From Octopus bimaculoides (taxonomy: Eukaryota), in NCBI RefSeq assembly GCF_001194135.2, contig NC_068981.1, positions 89,201,884 to 89,265,883 on the forward strand: 64,000 nucleotides of DNA. Direction: 5' to 3'. Numbering within the stretch: the first letter of the stretch is position 1; each line of letters begins with the position of its first letter. Positions 26,748 to 39,650 of the stretch are shown one piece after another. Made by a program: the position numbers and the translations under genes. The notes beneath the pieces were generated by a model. It was not told the origin of the DNA and made no database searches. It worked only from the letters and a program-made list of their open reading frames with translations.

Positions 26748-28105
26748 TTGAGAGTCTTTTTGCCTATTTGTACATGGAATACCCAAAGTTTTTTTCTTTC
26801 ATGCACGAAAAATACAGCGATATTTAATCTCAGTAGTATATATTCGTACAAGAAGAATTATTACTGGAAAATAATTATCTCAATAGTTTTATATCAAATG
26901 AATTAATAGATAATAATTTGGACAAATTCATAAGAGTAATTGGCAGATTGGTTATTAAGATTAGTTTAGATTAATTTTTTAAAGATTAATTTCTCCGTAT
27001 AAAGCTAATGAAGAATAATTACCCAGACTATGAAATTGTAACATAAACACACACACACACACACACACACACAAGCAGATACCATTTATGACGGAGTTGT
27101 GAGAAACGTAACTTCGAAATCACTATGAATATTGTAATGTTTGCTACTAAAAAACTATTGCGTAATCCTTCAGTTTAATGCTATATTGATTTTAGATATA
27201 ATTTGACATAAATGCAAACTTTATAAATGAGTGTGTCTGTATTTATGTATGTATGTACACATAAAATGTTTTACCACTTACCACACACATACACGTTCTT
27301 TTATTCTTATACTTGTTTCACATTCTTTTATTCTTTTATTCTTACACTTGTTTCAGCCATTTAACTGCGGGCACCACCTTGAAGAATTGTAGTCGAATGA
27401 ATCGACCCCTGTACTGTTTTATAAGTTTTTAAGCCTGGTACTTATTCTATTGTCACTTTTGCCAAACCGCTAATTTACGGAGACGCAAATACTCCAACAC
27501 CGGCTGTCAAGTGGTGGTGTTGGGGCCAAACACAGATACACATGCATAAACATACACACACGCACGCACACACACTCACACACACACACCCATACACACA
27601 CACATATACATATGTGTGTGTGTGTATGTGTGTGTGTCGGCACAATATTACTGTTATATTCTCAATAGATCGAAGGTCCGTTTTTAGTGCTTGTGGGAAA
27701 TTCCTAAGGTGATTGAGAATATACGTCGTACAGTACAATCCGTGCATTTTATGTATCCACTCTGTCGAAACGATTAGGTTACACTTACAATTAGATTGAA
27801 AAATAGGCGACGAAATGGCAAGTGGTGCATCAGTGCTTTGAAATCACTAAGAATTTTAATATGCTTGCTACTAAGAATCTATATCTATATGAAATAGATA
27901 CTTTTTTAATATTGATTTACAACAATTGGGTGTGACGGGGGAGTGGGGAAATTATTGTCGATTACGGCAACTCCGGCAATTGACAGGTACTTCATATATT
28001 AGTGCGCAAAATAATGGAAAGCAAGGTCGAGCGTAGCAAGACTTGAATTGAGAACGTTAGAATACGTAATTATATCCTATATGATATTTCGTTAATTGAT
28101 TCGTT

Positions 28106-28484
28106 GTTGGCATTCCGTCGCTTACGACGTCGAGGGTTCCGGTTGATCCGATCAACGGAACAGCCTGCTCGTGAAATTAACTTGGAAGTGGCTGAGCACT
28201 CCACAGACACGTGTACCCTTAACGTAGTTCTCGGGGAGATTCAGCGTGACACAGTGTGACAAAGCTGACCCTTTGAATTACAGGCACAACAGAAACAGGA
28301 AGTAAGAGTGAGAGAAAGTTGTTGTGAAAGAGTACACCAGGGGTCGCCACCATCCCCTGCCGGAGACTCGTGGAGCTTTAGGTGTTTTCGCTCAATAAAC
28401 ACTCACAACGCCCGGTCTGGGAATCGAAATCGCGATCCTATGACCGCGAGTCCGCTGCCCAAACCACTGGGCCATTGCGCCTCC
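28106..28484 (-). mobile_element. tRNA-derived SINE with conserved central/3' domain (octopus-type)
   Basis: Minus head ggaggcgcaatggcccagtggtttgggcagcggactcgcggtcataggatcgcgatttcgattccc (A- and B-box-like). The 3' domain gtggagtgctcagccac...aatttcacgagcaggctgttccgttgatcggatc is shared with 29490-29640. Confidence 0.8.
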
Positions 28485-28907
28485 TAAATGATTCGACAGA
28501 TTATTATATTAACAATGATATTGTTAATTATCAATTAGATATATTGTTAAATATTGCAGTAAATGTTTATAGTTTGCTACATTCACTGCTCGCTTCGAAA
28601 TATAAACGAAAAGATAGACCTACATGACGGTGACATGTAACAATGAAAATTAAGCATGTTAGATCCATACTTTCCGTCTTACACTCAAATATCCCAAACC
28701 CACTAGATTACATAAATTACAAATATTCACTTGGAATCCTTATGGTCAGAAGGAATCACTTCACCGACAGACATTTACGACTACTCAAAGCAACATTGCA
28801 AAATTTCGAGAATCTGGAAGCTGGGCAAAATATTACATTGATATACTTGTGCAGAATACAGTCTGTTGGTGTAGCGTCGCGATCTCTCTCACTACATGAA
28901 AACCTAA

Positions 28908-28959
<52 letters not shown>

Positions 28960-29489
28960 GTGTGTTTGTGTGTATGCGTGTGCGTGTATATATATANNNN
29001 NNNNNNNNNNNNNNNNNNNNNNNNNNNNNNNNNNNNNNNNNNNNNNNNNNNNNNNNNNNNNNNNNNNNNNNNNNNNNNNNNNNNNNNNNNNNNNNNNNNN
29101 NNNNNNNNNNNNNNNNNNNNNNNNNNNNNNNNNNNNNNNNNNNNNNNNNNNNNNNNNNNNNNNNNNNNNNNNNNNNNNNNNNNNNNNNNNNNNNNNNNNN
29201 NNNNNNNNNNNNNNNNNNNNNNNNNNNNNNNNNNNNNNNNNNNNNNNNNNNNNNNNNNNNNNNNNNNNNNNNNNNNNNNNNNNNNNNNNNNNNNNNNNNN
29301 NNNNNNNNNNNNNNNNNNNNNNNNNNNNNNNNNNNNNNNNNNNNNNNNNNNNNNNNNNNNNNNNNNNNNNNNNNNNNNNNNNNNNNNNNNNNNNNNNNNN
29401 NNNNNNNNNNNNNNNNNNNNNNNNNNNNNNNNNNNNNNNNNNNNNNNNNNNNNNNNNNATATATACATATATATATATATATATATAAT

Positions 29490-29790
29490 AGAGTGTCCCG
29501 GCTGATACGATCAACGGAACAGCTTGCTCGTGAAATTAACGTGCAAGTAGCTGAGCACTCCACAAACACGTGTACCCTTAGCGTAGTTCTCGGGTAAATA
29601 CAACGCAACACAGGGTGTGACAAGGCTGGCCCTTTGAAATACAGGTACTACTCATTTTTGGCAGCTGAGTGGACTGGAGCAACATGAAATAAACTGTCTT
29701 CCTCAAGGATAAAACTCGTCGCCAGGAATTAAACTCACGACCTTACGATCGTGAGCCGAATGCCCTAACCATTAAGCCACGCGGCTTCTC
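29490..29790 (-). mobile_element. tRNA-derived SINE
   Basis: Head gcgtggcttaatggttagggcattcggctcacgatcgtaaggtcgtgagtttaattcctgg. Same family as 63319-63528; the 3' domain is shared with 28106-28270. Confidence 0.8.
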
Positions 29791-31129
29791 TGTCTCTCTG
29801 TCTCTCTCTTTCTCACTCTGTCTCTGTCTCTCACTCTGTCTCTGTCTCTCACTCTGTCTCTGTCTCTGTCTGTCTGACTGTCTGTCTCTCTCTATATATA
29901 TATACATACGTACATACATACATACACACATACATACATACATGTATGTGTGTGTGTGTGTGTACATATATTATTGTACCGACACCTGAAATATCTAACT
30001 AGGTTTTGTGTTAGTGTAAGTTAAGGTTTTGTTCAAACAAAATCGTGCCAATAGGCAAAGCAAACAGCTGTGCGGAGCGAAATAATTTTGGCATGAACGC
30101 GCTATATAATAGTCCTAATGTTTCAATTTATAATAAAGATTTATGGCGTAAATACATGCTAAAGTACTTTTCAGATATTTTTGAGGAAGGAATATAGTCA
30201 ATTAAACCGACCGAACTATTTAAGTGCTTATTTCATCGTCTCTGTAAGGTTGATTCTAATGGTCTAGTTCAGCAAGGTTTGAACTACTGCCCGACTCTAC
30301 CGATTCTGCTTTTCACCACCCTGTCTAAAACAAAACCAAAAGTGATTTTAATTGTAATCATTATAGTACTGCTGAATATTGTGACTATGGTTATGATTTA
30401 TTAGCTTGGTTTTTGCTAAATAAAAATGTGCAAGGGATGGGTATAGTGGATTGAATCGACCTCTGTACTTCACTTACGTTTTGTCTCTTCCGTAAGGAAA
30501 TTGGTCAATGCTGCTATCCAAAGAATTTATTCTGAGACAATAAAAGTGGGTCAATAAATACTGAAAGACGTTTAATATGGCAGTAAATCGTTTCTGCTCA
30601 AAGAGTATCTATAGGTATAAATGCGATAACAATAAGGACAAGGTTTACCAAGACAAGTACAAGGCCTGGTAAATTGAGGCGGGGGTTGTGAAGGGAACAA
30701 CTGATTAAATCAACATTAACATGTTACTGGTCCTTATCTGAGGGATTCTGGAAAAAGGGTTTAAAGGCACATTTGACCTCGGGATCTGGATCTCAGAACG
30801 CAACGAGCTAAAACAAATCGCACAAAGGTATCGTATTCGACTCACTGACGGTTTTGCAAATTCACGACCATTTTAAAACACCGTCCTTAACAAATACAAA
30901 AACATCTACCCGAACGTATATAATGATATCATTGATAATACTTAACATAAGTCGGAATTTTTAGCGGAGGAGGTAGTCGATTACATGGATCTCAGTACTT
31001 GACCAGTACTTTGAAAAATGAAACACTACTTTCCTTTTCATCCTTTTCAGGTATACAAAAATGTACAAGCCAGATGTTAATGGTTGATGTAATAGATTAA
31101 TCCTCTTCCCGTATATCTGAGTCCGTGCC

Positions 31130-31132
<3 letters not shown>

Positions 31133-31226
<94 letters not shown>

Positions 31227-31245
31227 ATTATTATTATTATTATTA
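31133..31245. repeat. (ATT)n-(GTT)n-(ATT)n microsatellite
   Basis: Read directly. Confidence 0.95.
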
Positions 31246-34200
31246 AAGTTATTGTTGTAAATTTACCGTCTGGGGTCATTCATATGTACAATAAAAAAAT
31301 CACAAATGTATTGCAAAAACTTAGGATATAAATAAAACTATATAGAAAGAAACGGAGTGAAGGAAAAAGACGTCCTTCTACGTATCAACATATGCTAAAT
31401 ATATTTAAAATTGCATGCATACATTAGATACAATAATCAAATCAATAAATTATATACATTTATACATATAATTAACATTATATAATTCAAATGAAACAAA
31501 ACAAATATAGAGAAGCCTACTCGGACACGAGAAAGAAACCTTCAGAGCAGATCCCTCCATATCTCTAACAGCTGACTATGATCTCTTATATAGTTATAGT
31601 ACTTTAAATTGCCCCCTTCAAAAGTGCTTGAGAAAGAAGTTCTTAAAAAAGACAGTCAACATACTGGAATAGATGATGTAATTTTCTCAGTAATATGATC
31701 CGCTGAATTTGATTAGTAACAAGTTTTTTGAATGTATTACATAATTAGAGGCTATCTCATTGCCAATTGGCATTGGATTTTTTTTCCCGAAATGGCTGTG
31801 CAGTTGCTTCATATCATCGCTTATTTTCTTCAGAATTACAAACGTTAATGCAACGTAGGTTTGAAATATGCGCAACCAAACCTTTGCCTGCCTTCAATTA
31901 GAGAGAACATTTTTAGTAAGTATCGTGTCTTTCCCCTTTCCTCTTTTTTTATTCTCCATACTCAAGCTCTCTACCACCCCAACTAATTTTCCAGCTCTCC
32001 TTCATCTTTGCAAGAACCCGGGGTTAAGCGTCTCGGTATGATTGACAGATTGGACTTTCTGGTTTCTTGATTATTAGCCTTGTTTTGGTTCTTAGGAGCA
32101 GGACCAGGTGATCTTTTCTACTGTTTCCAAAACTGTGATTGGTTGTGCCCTATGCGTAGCAGAAACTGTGATGTATTGCTGCTGTAATTGTTTGCATTTT
32201 TCTTTAATTTTCAGTTTCTTAACCTCTCTTGGGCGGAAAGCGCCAAAATAATCTCAGTGACACGTGCAGTAACCCAATTTTCTGTCATGTGCCGCAGTTT
32301 GAAACTTCTTCGGCATCAAAATGACAACAAACCAAAAGTCAACATTATCTCCATTCTCTTTGGGGGTTTCTTTTATATTGTTTCGTCTCATATTTGAAGT
32401 CTTGCCAATTGGTTGGCATATGATGTAAACGTTATGCTTGCCTCGTTATCCTGTCTTAGTTTTAAATACCCTATTCGTTATTGGAAATCACGGTTCCTCA
32501 TTCACCAAAGCTATGACTTTAGTTTCAAGCTTAATTGATGGCTTCGATCAAACATACGCGTCTTTTGGTTACATAATGCTGCCAAACAGCTGTTCTAAAA
32601 GCTAGATGGCTTGCATCTAACGTTTATCCATTGCAGGAAGCACTGGTAAAGTATGAGGCAAGATATTCATTTTTAGTGCTGACATTCAAACTTCCGAAGT
32701 TATTTCGTTTGACAAAATGATTGTATGTCACTACAGTAGATGTTTCCGAATGTACCAAATTGCTTACATAAATAATATCTGTTTCAAAGTGTGTTTTTAC
32801 TGTAAAACATTTTTCTTTCTCTTTTTGCGAGTATGTAAACTCTAGTATCTCATTAGCTTTGTTTAGTTGAACTTCCTTCTTAACGTCCTTACGAACTTGT
32901 ATAGACAAAAAAGAAAAAAATAATCTCGTACAAGACAGCCCTTTTTTGCCTATTTTGAAATATGTGTGGGAAGACATTTTGTTTGTTCAAAGACACCCAG
33001 TATGAAAATATTGTGAAGAAATTGTACATTTTCCTTGTAGTGATAAACCAATGCTGCGATTTTCACTGGCGGTTCTTCACCTGAGTATCTATATTTCCGC
33101 TATTAGAATTAGCACTCCGTCTTCAAACCGAACTTCAAAGTATATATAAGCATAATTTATTTCTCAAACGATCATGAAGCTCAAGACAACATGTCATCGT
33201 TTCCTTATCGTACTTTCTAGTCGACTTCCATTGAGGTATACGTTGTTTTGTTGGTGTTTATGTTACCTTTTTAATATCGCCACTTCTCTCGGCAATATAT
33301 TTCCCCTATCGGGTCATTAACCGACTCTTCTTCATTACTGTGGGGTGTTTTTGGTTATAGAAGGAGGAAAGTGTCTTTGCTCGTTGAACTCTTTGATGAG
33401 GATGAGGTAGTCTTCTTAATTCCAGACCTTCAATCGGCAGTGTTTTGAAAACAACGGATTTTGTGGCCTGCAACTGTTATAGCTGTGTTTGTTGTTATCC
33501 TATCATTTCTTTTATCCAGGTTAAAAGCCGTTCCTTGGCACTTTGTCATTCACCACCAAGTGCTAAGACAAAGGAACAAGAATGATCTTCTGATATGTGG
33601 GTTCCTTCTAAAGTCAAGCATATGACACATCAGTTCGATCTGCTTTCTCTCTCCGTTAACAATTTTGAAAACCATATATAAGATCCTATAAGCCCTACTT
33701 CTACTGATGAAGATGATACTGCACTATAGAACAGCCGAGGCTATTTTGGAGTTGTTGCTTTGAAAGCATGAATAAAATACTTGTATTCTTAGAGATATGT
33801 GCCCTCTCACCTTGTCTTCTCTTGGATAAAGATCTCAGACAAGATCATTCTTCCTTTGGTAACACATCACAGTTACATAAAAGTGTTCTCTGACACGTGT
33901 CTCATGTTCTGTAAACTTTCTTGCTAATAACAACATTAGTAGAGTAGATGCTGACAGTCCCTTCTACGTTACATAAAACAACACTTACATTCATTAAGAT
34001 AGGCATGATTTCGACGTTTGAAAAATGTATGTGTATTGTTTTTGTTTAATAGTATAGATTATTAGCTTTTATACAAACCGTGTGAATCTTCCTGAGGAAT
34101 TAAACATATTCCAAAATTCCTATTTGTTCTTTGGGTTTTAACGTTAATTTTATATTTTATGAAGAAGAGTTTATCTGATAAGAATCCATATCGGATGTAA

Positions 34201-34345
34201 ACAAAATCAGAAAGATAAAATTATATCAAAATATTACAGATTTTATGCCTTCCCCGGCTATGAAGAAGACAGTAGACGTGTTCCGGAAGTTTTTCCTTGA
34301 TAAGATTCCAGAGTGATACATCTGCTCGCAGCATCGTTCAGTGAC

Positions 34346-34465
<120 letters not shown>

Positions 34466-36065
34466 TGGAACCACTGGTTTCACTAGTTGTGTTCAAGGCA
34501 TTGAAGTCAAATGTTCTAAATAGCAGCCTATATCTATAAGGTTAGATATATCTGTACGACACAGTGCTGCTAGGATAGCTGTATTATGTGCAACTTGTAA
34601 AAGCAACAGAAACAATGAAATCCTAAATACCGGTTCGAATTATTGGAATATAACCTACAGAAGTTTAGCCAATCAACCTTTAACTGGTTTTAAGTTTTGT
34701 TTTTATGTGACACCGATTTAATTTAAAATGTAAATTCTTTGCAGCATGAAAATGAAATCGATATAGTTACACAATACTGAAATTAATACAGGCTCACTCT
34801 ACGCTTAATGTCCTTATGCATATATGTTTCGATGTTTCGACTGTTTATACATTAGGCCGTAGACAATTTAATCATACTGACATATTTTGCACACAAATTT
34901 ACTGAATCACAAATAAAGGAGTGGTAACAGCACACGTAGTTATGCGACTTTGATACCTCTCTAAAATATATTCGTCACATTGGATAGCATGGGGAAATTG
35001 AGATCACGGTAGGGGTCCGGTTGTCGGGAATATATACTTCCACATCACAATGCTTGCACAAGCATATATAAACGAATCATCTCATTTGCTTCTTTCTACA
35101 AAGCAAATTTGCCCAGAATTTCAGAATGAGCGTGGAGGGGGAGAGAGGAGGAAATGAGGAGAGATAATTGAAAATTTGTCATATCCTAACCTCTCTCAAA
35201 TATATAATCGACGTAAATTTTGCAAAAAATGGATTGCATTCGTAAGCTGAGACCATGTGTTGCGAACTTGTTTCACAGATCGAATATACATAGAAGTCAT
35301 ATTGTTAATGAAACACCGTTCACCTTAGTAATGTAAAGTAATTTAGAGAGAATTCCGGTTAACATATTTATGTATTTTGTATTAAAATATTTTTTGCAAA
35401 GATGTGCAAGATGCAGTTAGTTCTCATTCCTGGATTTTCTGCAACAACATACAGGAAATACATCTTTCACATCTTCTTCTCCAAATCAATTGAAACAATG
35501 CTGTATGAATAGAAACAGGTTATATTAAAAATATTTAAATTCTCAATATTTGTATATATATGTGAGTGTGTATCTATCTATCAGTCTGCGTATTTTCTAT
35601 TTTATATATGTATGTATATATGTATGTATGTATGTATGTATGTGTGTGTGGATTTTTTGTGTAATATTTTTTTTTTTAGTTGAATACTCTGTGAGATACT
35701 CACATTCATGAAGCAACAATATATTAGAATATAAATATGGCCACGGCGAAGAGAGAACCTCGAAAACAAATATTTTTACTCCGGGCACGAATGTGTTTTT
35801 TAAGTGTGCCATATATATGCAGTTATGTATGTACAATGAGTATAGCCAGTGGCATATATTTTTGAGTGTCTTTTCGCTTCAGCTATATACATATATGTGT
35901 TATTTACGTATGTATGTATATGTGGGTGCGCGTGTGCATNNNNNNNNNNNNNNNNNNNNNNNNNNNNNNNNNNNNNNNNNNNNNNNNNNNNNNNNNNNNN
36001 NNNNNNNNNNNNNNNNNNNNNNNNNNNNNNNNNNNNNNNNNNNNNNNNNNNNNNNNNNNNNNNTA

Positions 36066-36097
<32 letters not shown>

Positions 36098-36125
36098 CAT
36101 ACGTATATATACACATATATATACA

Positions 36126-36204
<79 letters not shown>

Positions 36205-36425
36205 ATATATTCAAATATATATGCATGTATGCAGATGTATATATATGTATGTATTTATATGTATGCGTATAAATACACATACGTATATGTATATATATAT
36301 TTGTTTGTATGTATGCATATATACACGTGCTCTATGCCGGTAGATGTGTCCGAGTAACTTTTCATACAGAATATATATACAACTGATACAACCATTTTGT
36401 GACGTTAATAATGTTTATATGTTCA

Positions 36426-36512
36426 CTAAAACCTCTCCATTTCATGGTGACTGGTTTCTTCTTCTTCTTCGTCTTCTTCAGGACCCTCACACTCATCTTC
36501 AGCTGCATCTAG
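36426..36512 (-). other. Candidate in-frame stop-codon-readthrough extension of the aquaporin (LDAAEDECEGPEEDEEEEETSHHEMERF*)
   Basis: TGA (36515-36513) is followed by CTAG, then 28 sense codons (36512-36429), TAG (36428-36426) and a second in-frame TGA (36425-36423). Confidence 0.5.
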
Positions 36513-36722
36513 TCAAATACGTGGCTGTTCAGCCGTTGGCGAGAATGTGAGTTCAGTAGACATTGAATTGTTACTGGAGTTCACACTTCGACTGCGACGT
36601 AAGTTTGACTGCTTCCGGCGAAACGACCTTCGGAAATGCTGGATTTGGTTGGATGAATCGTGTGTGTACTCATAAGTGAAACCACCTATGATACCTCCCA
36701 ACATCGGACCAACCCAATATAC
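36513..36722 (-). CDS. AQP: Terminal coding exon of an orthodox (water-type, AQP4/AQP1-like) aquaporin: TM6 plus cytoplasmic C-tail
   Basis: The minus strand reads ...ctttcttttattacag|GTA TAT TGG GTT GGT CCG ATG..., translating to VYWVGPMLGGIIGGFTYEYTHDSSNQIQHFRRSFRRKQSNLRRSRSVNSSNNSMSTELTFSPTAEQPRI*. VYWVGP-x2-GG-x3-G-x2-YE is the MIP TM6 signature. The phase-0 intron just before (V/I)YWVGP matches the last intron position of vertebrate AQP1/AQP4. The exact orthologue cannot be assigned from one exon. Confidence 0.9.
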   Translation of the reverse strand, partial: VYWVGPMLGGIIGGFTYEYTHDSSNQIQHFRRSFRRKQSNLRRSRSVNSSNNSMSTELTFSPTAEQPRI

Positions 36723-36742
36723 CTGTAATAAAAGAAAGTGAG
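36723..36742 (-). promoter_or_regulatory. 3' splice acceptor of the aquaporin last intron
   Basis: Polypyrimidine tract plus CAG (cactttcttttattacag) directly upstream of the in-frame VYWVGP codons. Confidence 0.85.
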
Positions 36743-39650
36743 TAATTAAAAATGGCTAGTACAAAATTGATGAGGTTGACAGATGTTGGGTGTATTATGA
36801 AAGCGGCGGAATGAGAATCTCTAACATTAATAATTTATCAATTTGTCGAATATTTAATTGTATTCGTTTTCTTTCTCAGTAAAGCATGTGACTTTGTAAT
36901 TAGAGGATGGTTTGCTATAGACTACGTGAATAGAAACGTTGAATAGGATCAGGAATTGAATTATTTAAAAAAATGTTGTTAACAGCAATTAAACTTCATT
37001 TCTATGGTTCGTATACACAAAAAAGGTATGAATAAATAATGGTATTGTTTTTTTCTTGCAAATTAAAAATTTTCTTGTATTTCTGAGTAAGGGAGGAAAA
37101 CTAAGAAATTGTAGCGTCTAAATGTGTACCAAGAGATAATTTAACTTAAATAGCGTATAAATTAGCTTCATTTGAGAAAAAAGTGCATTTGTATGGTTTC
37201 TTGAGTTTCGTAAGCTTCATAGTCGGACAGTCAAAGCGAAATACCAGCAATAATACTTCGAAAACAGATTCAGATCTCGGCAATTCATTAGGCTACCAGT
37301 GATAAATCCATAAACAGTCATAACAAATACGCAATAAGAACTACCATTGAAAATGTTTTTCTTCATGGTGTGTATCGAAGGAAAGTGAGTTTGGAGGAAA
37401 TGATCTCTTTTCAAACTATACACATCGGAAGTTTTATATTTCACTCAATAAGGGAAAAAATATTAGTCATTTCGTGGGTGCTATGTTCGAAGCAATGCTT
37501 TAAAATTTCAAAATTCAATCTAATTTTCAGATTATAAAACAATACGTTACTCTAAAACGCGTTCGCATTCAGATAGGTAAAGTAGAACCATTTTGAAATG
37601 TCAGATAATATAATTATGGTTATAACACAGTGGCAAATAATCGCATAGAAATGAATGACCTCCAAATTGTACGCTATCTAACTATCTTAAATATTTAGAC
37701 ATTTAAGTTTTCGCTACATTTCCGGAATAAAAAAAACATAATCTTCTTAAACATAACATCACGAAATAATCGTTTTATAAAGTACTAGTATAAACCCGGA
37801 ATTTAGAAGTATTTCTTTTGTTTCATGAAGTTGATTTTTTTCCATCTGTAAGCTGATTAATTTATGGCAAGTTTTACTGTTTTGACGTATGAATATTTAC
37901 TTTCTGTCAAGTGAAATGAACAACTGGAAAAATGATGCAGTGAAATCAAAAAGTCAACGTAACACATATCCTCGCAAGCACATATATACATACGTGTACA
38001 CGCATGTACATACATACACAAAGTCACACACGCACGCCAATGCACACATACACACACACACACACACGTCGGAGTATGAAACTGCAAATACCGGGTTCTC
38101 AGATTTTGCTGTCTAATTAAGTTTCAAAATTATAAAACTGTACGGCTGAGTCATTTTTTTCTGTTTATCTTTTGTTTCTAATTTTGTTGAATATAATTGT
38201 CAATTAATACGAACGCAAAATTCTAAAATACATATACTGTATTTTGATGGAAAGACATTCATCAAGAAGAATATATTAACATTTTCAATGTTAAATGTCT
38301 ATATTTTATATTTTGCACTAAATATAGTAAATCAAAATAGAAAGATTAAGTAAGAAATACATTGTCTTATTTTCATCTTTGATATATAAAACATTGACTG
38401 TACTGTATAGCTCGGAGATTACATGCTTGTCTTTGTAAATACAGAATAAATCTAATTTAGTCGAATGAATGAAATATGTTTCTTTAGCGGTAGCAATATT
38501 AGATTATTATCTGATGAAATCCTGTGAACTAATATGATTATCGTCTGCATAGAAGATCATTTCAGGAAGAAGAGTTGATAATTTAGTTATCTGTAATATA
38601 GTGTGCAGTCCGAAACAGCATCTTCAGAAAGTCTCATCTAAATACTTCTTATGAATCTCCTAATTGACACGAACTCACTTGACTTTAGCGTGAAATAGAA
38701 AAGCTGTTTTAAGTATCCCTCACAGAATAACTTTTTTTTTATCTTGGATAAGAATTTCTACACTTGTTGAATTAATGATACTGAGCAGGTAACTATAGGT
38801 TGTTGCTCGGTTCTTGCTTTCGTTTATTTTAACAATCATGATTAATTAAACAAGCATAATCTGAAACGTAGATAAAAGTCAGCTAAATTGCGTGAAATGC
38901 GAGCAAAATAAATATCCAGTAGAGATAGCTTTATATTTAGACAGAGGATGTTTCATAAAGCTTCATATGATAGTCATCTTTGTATAAAATAGAATACACA
39001 CTTCAGCGGAATCAATTACCTTCTCTAGGTGGATATGTATCACCACCTTTTCAAAGAACGAATAAAATTACGATGTTAATGTGTGTTCCTGTGATATTTA
39101 GTGTTTCTAATAAAATGAAAATAAATACTATCAAGAATTCGTATCACAAACACGTATGACCAAGAAATTATCTTATATTATTCTATGCATTAAGCTTATA
39201 AATAAGCTTAATATTTGCAAGCATAGAATAATATTAGATAATTTGCGTTTGTATATGTGTTTGTGTTTGTGAAAGAGGTGGGAATAGTTGAACGTACTTA
39301 GGAAAGAAAAGCATGTAGAATATAGGAAAATATAATTTAATAAACTCGCAAAACAGGATTAAAAACTACGAATTTACTTAATTGAATATGCATTTCCTTC
39401 AATCGGAATATATGAATCTGTTTATAGTTTATATTCCTTTACTTTTTTACTGTTTTCTATCGTTGCATTGGAGCCGTGAAAATGCACCACTTCAAGCATT
39501 AAGTAAATGATATCATTCTCTGCACTTACTTCAGTGTCGTATTTTTTTTTATCGAAATCTATTGCTAATCTGCGAATGCACGAGATATGAAGGGGAACGA
39601 TATAGACAAACCGGGTCTTACTTTGGATTAAACATAAACACAAGCAAGGA

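Noticed and set aside
37217-37340. Minus ORF segment YGFITGSLMNCRDLNLF, superficially like an aquaporin second NPA box (TGxxMNPARDL), 500 bp upstream of the last exon
   Set aside because: It lacks the NPA itself, the downstream residues do not match GPA/GPR...W..HW, and there is no GT donor in the phase needed to join VYWVGP.
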